Assembly (NCBI RefSeq): GCF_000018465.1
Contig: NC_010085.1
Span: 480,001 to 512,000 of the forward strand
DNA length: 32,000 nt
Source of the DNA: Nitrosopumilus maritimus SCM1
GTDB taxonomy: Archaea > Thermoproteota > Nitrososphaeria > Nitrososphaerales > Nitrosopumilaceae
Reading direction: 5' to 3'
Shown: positions 16,619 through 24,806 of the stretch, in pieces
How the letters are laid out: each line of letters begins with the position of its first letter
Position numbering within the stretch: the first letter of the stretch is position 1
Notes under the pieces: model-generated
The model's input: only the letters and a program-made list of their open reading frames with translations
The model's database searches: none
What the model was told of the DNA's origin: nothing
Translations under genes and position numbers: made by a program

Positions 16619-19099
16619 ATGAAAAATATTGTCTTTCTGAGTTTTTTGATATTTTTTGTAATGTCTTTTACTCTTGTTGATGTATATGGGCAATCTGATA
16701 ATGAACAATCTTCTGAAATAGTTAGCTGTACTGAAGGTTATGAACTAGTTTCCAAACCTTCTGGTGATTCTTCGATATGTGTGAAATCCTCAAGTCTTGA
16801 GAATTTTCTTGATAGAGGATACACACTTGCTACTTCAACACAAGAGAATCTACGTGTTGGATTGTTATTTTCAACCTCTGGTGATGCCTCAACATATGGA
16901 CTTGAAAGTCAACATGCTGCACTAATTGCTATTGATGATTTCAATGAATATTTGAAATACATTGAAAATGAGCAAATAATCTTAGTTCCTGAGATAGTTT
17001 CTCTCAAAATTGATCCTGAACATACTCTGGAACAAGTAAAAAGAATGCATCTTGATGGAGTAGATGTTTTCATTGGACCTGACACAAGTGCAGAACTTGA
17101 ATTTATGAAATCTTATGTTGATTCTGAGGGATTATTGGTTATTAGCACATCTTCAACTGCACCATCTTTGGCAATCGAAGATAATATTTTCCGACTTGTT
17201 CCTGATGACACACATCAGACTCGATTACTTGCCCTTCTTGCAGAATCTGCCGGCAGTCCTACTGTGTTTCTTTTAGTTCGTGATGATACATGGGGTAATG
17301 ATTTTGCAAGTGCAATTGAAGAATATTATTCAGGAAATGTTTCTATAATACATTATGATCCTGTGTCTCCTCTCTATGAACAAACTTTACAACAATTATC
17401 TGAATCAATTACCGCAGAGATAACTGCCTCAGAAATAACTACCTCCGATTTTAGAGTTGGTATGATTGGCTTTGGTGAATCTGCTGAATTTTTATCTCGC
17501 GCAACTCAATTTGATATACTTGATGATGTGATATGGTTTGGAACTGATTTTACTGCAAATGAGAAAAAAATAACTGAAAATGAAAAAGCCGTTGAATTTG
17601 CACAAAATGTTTCATTTAAAGCGCTTCAGTTTTCAGCTGATATTGAAAGTACTGCTTATCAAGAAATTGAAACAAAACTTTTTGGAAAATTAGGATACTT
17701 ACCAGACATTTATGCATTTACTGCATATGATGCTGTATGGATATTGGGCTTGAGTATGTTAGATGCAGCAAGCACTAATCCAAATGATTTAGCATTAGAA
17801 ATTCCATCTACTATCACTTCTTACAATGGCGCTCTGGGAAATTTGGAATTAAACGACGCTGGTGATTTAGTCTCTGATAATTATGCTGTTTGGTCTATTG
17901 TGGATGGTGCTTGGTACAAAGGCAATTATGCAAAAAATATGGAATCTGGGATAATAGAACTTGTTGAAACTGATTTAGAAGAATTGGCTACTGACGAAAC
18001 TATTTTGGAAAAATCCGCCCCTCCTGCAGATGATGAGATTCCTATAGCACAACCTTCTACTATAGATGATGAGATTCCTATAACACAACCATCTACTGCA
18101 TATGACGAACAATCTATTCTTGTAAACTTGTTAATTGCATTGATTATTGTGGTATCTGCAATTGCGGGATTTGCCATTTGGAAACTTCGAACTCTATCAA
18201 TAAAGTTGAAGAACTTTATTCATACGCAAAAAATTGAACCAACACCAGAACCCGAACCAACACCAGAACCTGAACCAACACCAGAACCTGAACCAACACC
18301 AGAACCTGAACCAACACCAGAACCTGAACCAACACCAGAACCTGAACCAACACCAGAACCTGAACCAACACCAGAACCTGAACCAACACCAGAACCTGAA
18401 CCAACACCAGAACCTGAACCAACACCAGAACCTGAACCAACACCAGAACCTGAACCAACACCAGAACCTGAACCAACACCAGAACCTGAACCAACACCAG
18501 AACCTGAACCAACACCAGAACCTGAACCAACACCAGAACCTGAACCAACACCAGAACCTGAACCAACACCAGAACCTGAACCAACACCAGAACCTGAACC
18601 AACACCAGAACCTGAACCAACACCAGAACCTGAACCAACACCAGAACCTGAACCAGTTGAACCCAAAGACTCTGTTAGACTACTGTCTTCTAAGGAAATT
18701 CTCCAAAAATGTATTCAAACACATTCATCACTTATGACTGATAAAGAAATTGATTTTTCAGATTCATCAATCAAAAATGTGAAGTTTGTATCTAATGAAA
18801 AACCAATTTTAGAAATTTTTTCAAATTTAATTCGTGCTTCTCATCATTTGGTTGGCTCTTATGGTCAAATTGAGATTGGTGTAAATGATGATGAGGACAT
18901 TACATTTTTTGTTAAAGATAACGGAAATGGAATTTCAAAAGAAGAACAAGAGAAAGTTTTTGAGCAAAATGATGGTCCTTTAGGATTGATGGGAACCAAA
19001 GAACTAGTTCAAGATATGGGTGGTAAAATTTGGATTGAAAGTGTTTCTTTCCTAGGAACTACTTTTTATTTTTCAATCCCAGTACATCCTAACTCTTAA
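16619..19099 (+). CDS. membrane sensor: signal/anchor + type I periplasmic-binding-protein (LIVBP-like) ectodomain + TM + (TPEPEP)x23 linker + HATPase_c (GHKL) domain, with no recognisable HisKA/DHp
   Basis: 826 aa with a hydrophobic N-terminus. [32 protein letters not shown] is PBP type I-like. The TM segment is [22 protein letters not shown]. Residues 542-679 are pure TPEPEP. The C-terminus has an N-box FSNLIRAS, G1 DNGNGIS and G2 [12 protein letters not shown]. Confidence 0.8.
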   Translation: MKNIVFLSFLIFFVMSFTLVDVYGQSDNEQSSEIVSCTEGYELVSKPSGDSSICVKSSSLENFLDRGYTLATSTQENLRVGLLFSTSGDASTYGLESQHAALIAIDDFNEYLKYIENEQIILVPEIVSLKIDPEHTLEQVKRMHLDGVDVFIGPDTSAELEFMKSYVDSEGLLVISTSSTAPSLAIEDNIFRLVPDDTHQTRLLALLAESAGSPTVFLLVRDDTWGNDFASAIEEYYSGNVSIIHYDPVSPLYEQTLQQLSESITAEITASEITTSDFRVGMIGFGESAEFLSRATQFDILDDVIWFGTDFTANEKKITENEKAVEFAQNVSFKALQFSADIESTAYQEIETKLFGKLGYLPDIYAFTAYDAVWILGLSMLDAASTNPNDLALEIPSTITSYNGALGNLELNDAGDLVSDNYAVWSIVDGAWYKGNYAKNMESGIIELVETDLEELATDETILEKSAPPADDEIPIAQPSTIDDEIPITQPSTAYDEQSILVNLLIALIIVVSAIAGFAIWKLRTLSIKLKNFIHTQKIEPTPEPEPTPEPEPTPEPEPTPEPEPTPEPEPTPEPEPTPEPEPTPEPEPTPEPEPTPEPEPTPEPEPTPEPEPTPEPEPTPEPEPTPEPEPTPEPEPTPEPEPTPEPEPTPEPEPTPEPEPTPEPEPTPEPEPTPEPEPVEPKDSVRLLSSKEILQKCIQTHSSLMTDKEIDFSDSSIKNVKFVSNEKPILEIFSNLIRASHHLVGSYGQIEIGVNDDEDITFFVKDNGNGISKEEQEKVFEQNDGPLGLMGTKELVQDMGGKIWIESVSFLGTTFYFSIPVHPNS
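18029..18100 (+). repeat. 36-bp in-frame tandem duplication ([12 protein letters not shown] / [12 protein letters not shown]) in the juxtamembrane ectodomain stalk
   Basis: The two units, 18029-18064 and 18065-18100, differ at a few bases. Confidence 0.8.
18242..18655 (+). repeat. 18-bp tandem repeat x23 (acaccagaacctgaacca = TPEPEP), in frame within the sensor gene
   Basis: 414 bp divided by 18 gives 23 units. By eye the only deviation is ccc instead of cct in the first unit (18251-18253). Confidence 0.97.
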
Positions 19100-19164
19100 A
19101 ATCACTTTCAAATGATGACATCCCTTTAGATCTAAATTGATAGAATGTTTACGTAAAACCTCAA

Positions 19165-19548
19165 TTACATTGGAGGCAATTCTGTCTTTTTGTCATGTCC
19201 TCCAGAGCCGAATTTACAGTAAAAGCATAATTCTGACTCCATGTACTTTAGTTGCTCAACTTGAATGGCGCCAAGTTTCAGTGCGATTTTTGTGAGAATT
19301 TTGTACTTTAATGGCATTGCTGGAATTACCTCATCCATGTATACTCTGTAATGATCGGGACAAAATTTGAGCGTGACTTTGGCAGGTTCTTTACCCTTCT
19401 CGTTTACTTGTTTTGTAAAGTTGATCTGCTCTCGTATGTATTCGTGTTTTGGGCATGGACAGTCTTTTCCACCTGGGTGTTTGTATGCAGGTGTGTTCTT
19501 CCAGTCAAAATCTGGAAACTCTTTCTCAAAGTCGTCCATGTGATCCAT
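19165..19548 (-). CDS. hypothetical Cys/His-rich protein (127 aa from first ATG)
   Basis: The ORF-track frame begins at TTG 19578. ATG 19548 gives MDHMDDFEKEFPDFDW... The protein contains CPCPKHEY, CPDH and CFYCKFGSGGH clusters and no domain I recognise. It is divergent from the first repeat-protein gene. Confidence 0.55.
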   Translation of the reverse strand: MDHMDDFEKEFPDFDWKNTPAYKHPGGKDCPCPKHEYIREQINFTKQVNEKGKEPAKVTLKFCPDHYRVYMDEVIPAMPLKYKILTKIALKLGAIQVEQLKYMESELCFYCKFGSGGHDKKTELPPM

Positions 19549-19634
19549 TAGCAATTTGTGCTTATAAAACTTGATCAAACTTGTCTATGGTAATAACCCA
19601 AATGCTCATAAACCCCAGATTATCCATCCAGTTC

Positions 19635-20318
19635 ATGGCAGCTGCTAAAAAGCAAACTAAAAAAGATCTTGAAGACAAGATTGCCGAATTAGAAGCAAAG
19701 CTAAACTCACTTTCATCTCAGCTTTCAAAACCAGCTGAAGTGAAACCTGCTGAGACAAAACCAGCTGAAGTGAAACCTGCTGAGACAAAACCTGCTGAGA
19801 CAAAACCTGCAGAAACTAAACCAGCTGAGACAAAACCAGCTGAAACTGCAAAACCAAAACCAACCTTGCCAAAAGGTATGGGTGAAAAACCAGCAGAAGC
19901 TCCTAAACCCGAGGAAGCTCCAAAACCAGCTGAGACAACCGCACAACCTCCAGCAACAGTACAAGATGCTTTAGAGGCCGCATACTATGATGCTCCAATG
20001 ACTGACTTCCATCAGTATAGAGCAAAAGTAACAGGTTATTCTCCAGCTCCTAACAGATACTTTGTTAGAATGACTGCTCCTGTTGGTAAAGTTCCAACAT
20101 CTGATTGGAATCAACAAAAAGCATCAGTCACTGGTTACACAGCATGTTCAAACCAATACTATGCAACAAGAGCAAGATTGGCATATCATCCTGCTGACAA
20201 AAGATTTGGAACTTTTAGTGGAGTTAACATGACTGTTGAAGGCGTTGCTGCACAAGCACAACAAGCACCAACACCAGAACCACCAAAACCAAAAGGTACA
20301 CTTCCAAAAGGTTTCTAA
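19635..20318 (+). CDS. disordered repeat protein, paralog A (KPAE[TV] x8, two [ST]LPKG[FM] motifs, ~85-aa Tyr/Thr-rich core)
   Basis: The ORF-track frame starts at TTG 19581. ATG 19635 gives MAAAKKQTKKDLEDKIAELEAKL, which aligns with the MAAKRKASTKKDLEAKIAELEAKL start of paralog B. The protein ends KPKGTLPKGF-stop. Confidence 0.75.
   Translation: MAAAKKQTKKDLEDKIAELEAKLNSLSSQLSKPAEVKPAETKPAEVKPAETKPAETKPAETKPAETKPAETAKPKPTLPKGMGEKPAEAPKPEEAPKPAETTAQPPATVQDALEAAYYDAPMTDFHQYRAKVTGYSPAPNRYFVRMTAPVGKVPTSDWNQQKASVTGYTACSNQYYATRARLAYHPADKRFGTFSGVNMTVEGVAAQAQQAPTPEPPKPKGTLPKGF
19728..19847 (+). repeat. 15-bp coding tandem repeat x8 (KPAEV/KPAET)
   Basis: aaaccagctgaagtg and aaacctgctgagaca type units run from 19728 to 19847. 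Confidence 0.9.
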
Positions 20319-20386
20319 TTCAAAAACATCTTTTATTTTCTATTTTTAATAATAATATTTTTCTTTGATCATATTCTATACTCTAC

Positions 20387-20578
20387 ATGCCTCCAAAAAC
20401 TATCTGTCCTAATTGTAAACAAAACGAATGGCTTGAAAATCGAGAACTAGGTTATCTTCCAAGAGTGATTAAATTGGATAATGGACAATATGCTGCTGAT
20501 ACTGAAAATGGAACTCATGTGCGAATATGGAGATGTAACAATTGCATGTATGTAATGCAATTTTGGGAACCAGATTAG
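20387..20578 (+). CDS. small zinc-ribbon protein (63 aa), function unknown
   Basis: It has CPNC near the N-terminus and CNNC near the C-terminus. It sits between the two repeat-protein paralogs. Confidence 0.6.
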   Translation: MPPKTICPNCKQNEWLENRELGYLPRVIKLDNGQYAADTENGTHVRIWRCNNCMYVMQFWEPD

Positions 20579-20702
20579 GCAAAAATCATTTTATTTGAAA
20601 TTATAATTTTTACATATTATCAATTGATTTTACGAATTTTTTTCATCAAAGGTTCTCTCACGAACAAAATGTAAATAAACAATGTATTCTCTATTGTAAG
20701 AA

Positions 20703-21698
20703 ATGGCAGCAAAGCGAAAAGCAAGTACAAAAAAAGATCTTGAAGCAAAGATCGCCGAACTCGAAGCAAAACTATCTAAACTATCATCAGAAATTGATGC
20801 CAAACCTGCTGAGACAAAACCAGCTGAAGTGAAACCTGCTGAGACAAAACCAGCTGAAGTGAAACCTGCTGAGACAAAACCAGCTGAAGTGAAACCTGCT
20901 GAGACAAAACCTGCAGAAACTAAACCAGCTGAGACAAAACCAGCTGAAACTGCAAAACCAAAACCAACCTTGCCAAAAGGTATGGGTGAAAAACCAGCAG
21001 AAGCTCCTAAACCAGAGGAATCTCCAAAACCAGCTGAGACAACAGCACAACCTCCAGCAACTCCTAATGAAGCTCTAGAATCTGCATACTATGATGCTCC
21101 AATGACTGACTTCCATCAGTATAGAGCAAAAGTAACAGGTTATTCTCCAGCTCCTAACAGATACTTTGTTAGAATGACTGCTCCTGTTGGTAAAGTTCCA
21201 ACATCTGATTGGAATCAACAAAAAGCATCAGTCACTGGTTACACAGCATGTTCAAACCAATACTATGCAACAAGAGCAAGATTGGCATATCATCCTGCTG
21301 ACAAAAGATTTGGAACTTTTAGTGGAGTTAACATGAGTTTTGATGGTGTTCAAATTAAAGAACAAACACAACAAGCACCTCCACCACCTCCAGAACCTGC
21401 AAAACCAAAAGGTACACTTCCAAAAGGAATGGGTGATGCACCTCAACCTCAAACTACTGCAAGTAGTGGAGATGGAAAATCAAGACAAGAACAACTAGAA
21501 GAGTACGAAAAAGATTACTTGCAAAGAATTGAACAAGAAAAAGCAGAACGTGAACAAGCTTACCAAGAAGCACTTGAAGCTGAAGTTGAAGCAAGAGCTA
21601 AACAAACACGAGGTAGCTTGCCAAAAGGTTTTGAACCCGCACCGGAACCAGAACCAGAACCTGCAAAACCAAAAGGTACACTTCCAAAAGGTTTCTGA
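20703..21698 (+). CDS. disordered repeat protein, paralog B (KPAE[TV] x10, four [ST]LPKG[FM] motifs, same core, extra charged helix)
   Basis: 331 aa with an ATG start. It has the same architecture as 19635..20318, plus the insertion SRQEQLEEYEKDYLQRIEQEKAEREQAYQEALEAEVEARAK. It ends KPKGTLPKGF-stop. Confidence 0.8.
   Translation: MAAKRKASTKKDLEAKIAELEAKLSKLSSEIDAKPAETKPAEVKPAETKPAEVKPAETKPAEVKPAETKPAETKPAETKPAETAKPKPTLPKGMGEKPAEAPKPEESPKPAETTAQPPATPNEALESAYYDAPMTDFHQYRAKVTGYSPAPNRYFVRMTAPVGKVPTSDWNQQKASVTGYTACSNQYYATRARLAYHPADKRFGTFSGVNMSFDGVQIKEQTQQAPPPPPEPAKPKGTLPKGMGDAPQPQTTASSGDGKSRQEQLEEYEKDYLQRIEQEKAEREQAYQEALEAEVEARAKQTRGSLPKGFEPAPEPEPEPAKPKGTLPKGF
20802..20951 (+). repeat. 15-bp coding tandem repeat x10 (KPAET/KPAEV)
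   Basis: These are the same unit types as at 19728-19847, with two more copies. Confidence 0.9.
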
Positions 21699-21720
21699 CC
21701 TTTCACCTTTTTACTTTATT

Positions 21721-22185
21721 TTATTCTAAATTTTTAAAATCTTCAAACACTTGTTTGGAATGTCCTGCCGGTTTTACTTTGGGATATATTTTGAAAATTT
21801 TTCCTTTTTCATCTACAAGAAAAGTGCTTCTCATAACTCCCATGTACTCTCTACCCATGAATTTCTTTAAACCCCAAACCCCAAATGATTTTGAAATCTC
21901 TTTATCCACATCTGCTAATAGTGGAAATTTGATTCCCATTTTGTCACAGAATTTTTTGTGTGAATCCACATCGTCAGGACTGACTCCCACAATTTCAATT
22001 CCTTCCTTTTGAAATTTTTTGTAGTCTTTTGCAAATTCATCTGCCTCAGTTGTACATCCTGGAGTGAAATCTTTTGGATAAAAATAGATGACATGCTTTT
22101 TACCTTTAAAATCTGATGATTTTACTTTATTTCCATTGGAATCACTGACTTCGAATTTTGGAACCTTTTCTCCTTCTTCAATCAT
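21721..22185 (-). CDS. bcp: peroxiredoxin, Bcp type (AhpC/TSA family)
   Basis: 154 aa with the active-site context VIYFYPKDFTPGCTTE. Confidence 0.9.
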   Translation of the reverse strand: MIEEGEKVPKFEVSDSNGNKVKSSDFKGKKHVIYFYPKDFTPGCTTEADEFAKDYKKFQKEGIEIVGVSPDDVDSHKKFCDKMGIKFPLLADVDKEISKSFGVWGLKKFMGREYMGVMRSTFLVDEKGKIFKIYPKVKPAGHSKQVFEDFKNLE

Positions 22186-22285
22186 GTTCTATGATCTAAT
22201 TTTCTGTAATTAATTACTTTTTGACCTCATTTGATCATTAATCTAGTCCGAATCTTTTATATGGAAATTGACGGGGCTTTTGCAT

Positions 22286-22999
22286 ATGGTTAGTCCTAGA
22301 AATTGGCTTGCAGAAGCAATTGCCACATTTGCATTGGTCTTCTTTGGTCCTTTATCTGTGATTCTTGCAGCAGCGGTCTTCGGTGATGGATTAACTATTG
22401 AAGGAATTATTATGATATCTTTGGGCCACGGTGCTGCAATTGCATTTATGGTATATGCATTTGGACATGTTTCTGGTGCTCACATTAATCCTGCAGTGAC
22501 TATTCCAATGATGATAACAAAAAAGATTGGAATTGCAGACGGAATTGGATACATTGTATTTCAAATAATTGGTGCAATCATTGCAACTGGTACTCTAATT
22601 GCTTTGTTCCCTGAGATTGGAAAACCTGTTTTCTGGGGTGCACATGGCGGACCAAGTGAATTACTTGGTGGCAGCTTGATGTCTGGATTAGTACTTGAAA
22701 TGATTATGACCTTCTTCTTAGTTGTTGTAATCTTTATGACTGCCGTTCACAAGAAAGCTCCAAAGAGTGTTTATGGCGCTGTAATTGGTGGCATGGTGTT
22801 CTTACTTCACTTAGTAGGTGTCCCATTAACTGGTGCATCCATGAACCCAGCAAGATCTTTGTCTCCAACATTACTTTCTGGCGATGCCGGATTATGGGAA
22901 GTACAATGGCTCTATTGGGTAGGACCAATCGTCGGTGGTATCATTGCTGGTTTGATAATGAACTACATCTATGTCAATAAAGCCGAAAAAGAAGCATAA
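22286..22999 (+). CDS. aqpM: MIP-family channel (aquaporin/AqpM-like)
   Basis: It carries two NPA boxes (SGAHINPAVT and GASMNPARS) and has six hydrophobic segments. The ORF-track frame starts at TTG 22268. I prefer ATG 22286 (MVSPRNW..), but the start is uncertain. Confidence 0.9.
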   Translation: MVSPRNWLAEAIATFALVFFGPLSVILAAAVFGDGLTIEGIIMISLGHGAAIAFMVYAFGHVSGAHINPAVTIPMMITKKIGIADGIGYIVFQIIGAIIATGTLIALFPEIGKPVFWGAHGGPSELLGGSLMSGLVLEMIMTFFLVVVIFMTAVHKKAPKSVYGAVIGGMVFLLHLVGVPLTGASMNPARSLSPTLLSGDAGLWEVQWLYWVGPIVGGIIAGLIMNYIYVNKAEKEA

Positions 23000-23037
23000 T
23001 CCTAACATTTTTAAAAATTTGAAATATTTTTTCTAGT

Positions 23038-23463
23038 ATGACTTCTGCTGATGAAATATCATCAATGTTTGATGCAGAATCTAAAAAATTTGAAAATTTC
23101 CTCTCAAATGTATCTGATGATATGGGAATATCTGAAATCATAGAGACATACTATCAAGTCATGAATGTGACTTCAATGATTTCTATGCTTAAACAGCAAT
23201 TGGATTCTGAAAATCATAAGACGTTGTTAGAACATATCAAAAAGACTGAACAACTCATATCCGGAAAATTCAACAAAGAAACTCATCCCAAAATTTTAGA
23301 AAATCTATCAAAATCAATTCAAGATATGACCAAGACATTACAATCAAACCCTGATGAAAAAACTAAGGAACAAATTGAAAACGAATCTCAAATGTTTGAA
23401 GAATTAAGAAAAAAAATAAGCACTAAAGAGTTTGTTGAACAATATGACAAAGGATTGGCATGA
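23038..23463 (+). CDS. hypothetical helical protein (141 aa)
   Basis: The ORF is clean and Lys/Glu-rich, with no recognisable motif. Its stop overlaps the next gene's ATG (ATGA). Confidence 0.55.
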   Translation: MTSADEISSMFDAESKKFENFLSNVSDDMGISEIIETYYQVMNVTSMISMLKQQLDSENHKTLLEHIKKTEQLISGKFNKETHPKILENLSKSIQDMTKTLQSNPDEKTKEQIENESQMFEELRKKISTKEFVEQYDKGLA

Positions 23464-24278
23464 TTGTACAACTAGCACAAAATCTTGTTTCTCTAAAAAA
23501 AGAATTTGCAAAAAACTATTCTGGAAAAAGCCAAATGCAAGAAGTCATACCAATTTCTACTTCTGAATCATTTCAAATAAAACAACAAGATTTAGAATTA
23601 TTGCATCAATTTGCTACAAAGAATCCTATCTATTACAATTCGTACGAAGATGTAGTTAATGATACAAAATGTATTGTCTATGAAGGTGATATTAACCGGT
23701 ATTGGTTGAATAGCATTCAACACGGTTCAAGTAATGCTCCTTTTTCTCCAACCTGGATAATGTCTGCTTATGTTGCAGCATTGATGACAAAAGAACTTGG
23801 ATATTTTGAAATTGTTGATATTGGTTCAGGTGATGGCAGAATTGCATTTTGTGCCAAAGTATTGGATATGGAAGCATACAGTATAGAACTTGATGAACAA
23901 TTAGTAGATCTTCAAAAATTACTTGTTACAACACTTGATTTTCATCCATTTTGTTCTGATGCCACAACCTTTGATTATACATCATTGAATCTGAACAATC
24001 CTGCATTCTTTATTGGTGGACTTGCCCAAATGGGTGGTGTTGCTTTGGCAACTGGTGTTATTGAAAAGATTATGTCTCAAGAGTTTTGGAAACAATCTGG
24101 ATGGGTTTTTGCAGGTACTCTCTCTCAAAAATATGCCCCTGATCCAAAAAATGAGGCTGGATGGGGAACTCTAATTGAAAGCAACAAACTCCACAAACTA
24201 CAAACAATTCCTCTCCCCACTGTGTGGACATTTCATGAAACTGACGAAACACCGTACATTTTTGCTGAACCTTTGTAA
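23460..24278 (+). CDS. hypothetical protein with class I SAM-methyltransferase-like motif
   Basis: 272 aa. EIVDIGSGDGRIAFCAKVL resembles motif I, followed by YSIELD (acidic post-beta2 residue). The assignment is tentative. Confidence 0.6.
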   Translation: MIVQLAQNLVSLKKEFAKNYSGKSQMQEVIPISTSESFQIKQQDLELLHQFATKNPIYYNSYEDVVNDTKCIVYEGDINRYWLNSIQHGSSNAPFSPTWIMSAYVAALMTKELGYFEIVDIGSGDGRIAFCAKVLDMEAYSIELDEQLVDLQKLLVTTLDFHPFCSDATTFDYTSLNLNNPAFFIGGLAQMGGVALATGVIEKIMSQEFWKQSGWVFAGTLSQKYAPDPKNEAGWGTLIESNKLHKLQTIPLPTVWTFHETDETPYIFAEPL

Positions 24279-24316
24279 TCGCAATCCAAATTAAGCACAC
24301 ATTTACCAAAGTTTTC

Positions 24317-24391
24317 GGACTCGTTGCATAGCTTGGATAGTGCGAACGCTTGCGGAGCGTTAGGTCGCCGGTTCGAATCCGGTCGGGTCCG
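24317..24391 (+). tRNA. tRNA-Arg (anticodon GCG), 75 nt, no encoded CCA
   Basis: The cloverleaf was folded by hand. Acceptor stem: ggactcg/cgggtcc (one G:U). D stem: gcat/gtgc. Anticodon stem: aacgc/gcgtt with loop ttGCGga. Variable loop: aggtc. T arm: gccgg-ttcgaat-ccggt. Discriminator: G. Confidence 0.93.
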
Positions 24392-24392
24392 C

Positions 24393-24806
24393 TTATTGCA
24401 TCTCTTGTATTTTTCTTCGCTGCTTGTTTTTTGTAACAACTGAAGTTCCAACAGCTTTTGCTACTAGAATTGGAGATTCTAGCAAATCACAAGCTGATTC
24501 TTGATTTGGATCATTGGATGAAGAAATTATCTTAAATGCCTCAAAAATTATTTTTCTACTACTATTACCAACTTTGATAATCTTCCCTACAACTTCTAAA
24601 AAATCTCCTCCATATACTGGTTCAAGGAATTCAACATTTTCGTATGCTCTTAGAAGTCCTTCGTCTCCATCAAGACGAATTGTCAATTCTGTTGCAACAT
24701 CTCCAAAAAGCTTCATTATGTGAGCGCCATCTAGCAGATTCCCTGCATAATGAACATCATTTGCACTAATGCGTACACGTAATTTTACTTCGAGATGAGT
24801 TTCCAC
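24393..24806 (-). CDS. hotdog-fold protein (thioesterase / aminoacyl-CoA ammonia-lyase-like)
   Basis: 137 aa. VHYAGNLLDGAHIMKLFGDVATELTIRLDGDEGLLRAYENVEFLEPVYGGDF resembles small hotdog-fold CoA-ester enzymes. Its stop codon (24395-24393) lies 1 nt from the tRNA 3' end. Confidence 0.65.
   Translation of the reverse strand: METHLEVKLRVRISANDVHYAGNLLDGAHIMKLFGDVATELTIRLDGDEGLLRAYENVEFLEPVYGGDFLEVVGKIIKVGNSSRKIIFEAFKIISSSNDPNQESACDLLESPILVAKAVGTSVVTKNKQRRKIQEMQ

Noticed and set aside
18242-18655. Regular short repeat array, considered as a possible CRISPR
   Set aside because: The units are contiguous with no spacers. They are 18 bp (a multiple of 3), sit in frame inside a CDS and are not palindromic. 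No cas genes are nearby.
18216-18737. Three long ORFs in the track (18216..18641 -, 18220..18666 -, 18234..18737 +) encoding LVQVLV, GSGSGV and NQHQNL repeats
   Set aside because: They are alternative-frame and antisense readings of the 18-bp tandem repeat inside the 826-aa sensor gene. Only the TPEPEP frame is continuous with real domains on both sides.
19725-21050. Antisense ORFs 19725..19964 and 20787..21050 (Cys/Trp/Phe-rich repeats)
   Set aside because: They are reverse-complement shadows of the KPAE[TV] coding repeats. Their composition is implausible and they overlap well-supported + strand genes entirely.
24317-24391. tRNA-Arg as an integration site for a mobile element (the accessory-looking genes on either side)
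   Set aside because: I found no integrase or recombinase and no direct repeat of the tRNA 3' half anywhere in the window. The neighbouring genes have the same AT-rich composition.
24233-24451. 72-aa minus-strand ORF
   Set aside because: It spans the tRNA-Arg gene (24317..24391), and its open frame is explained by the tRNA sequence.
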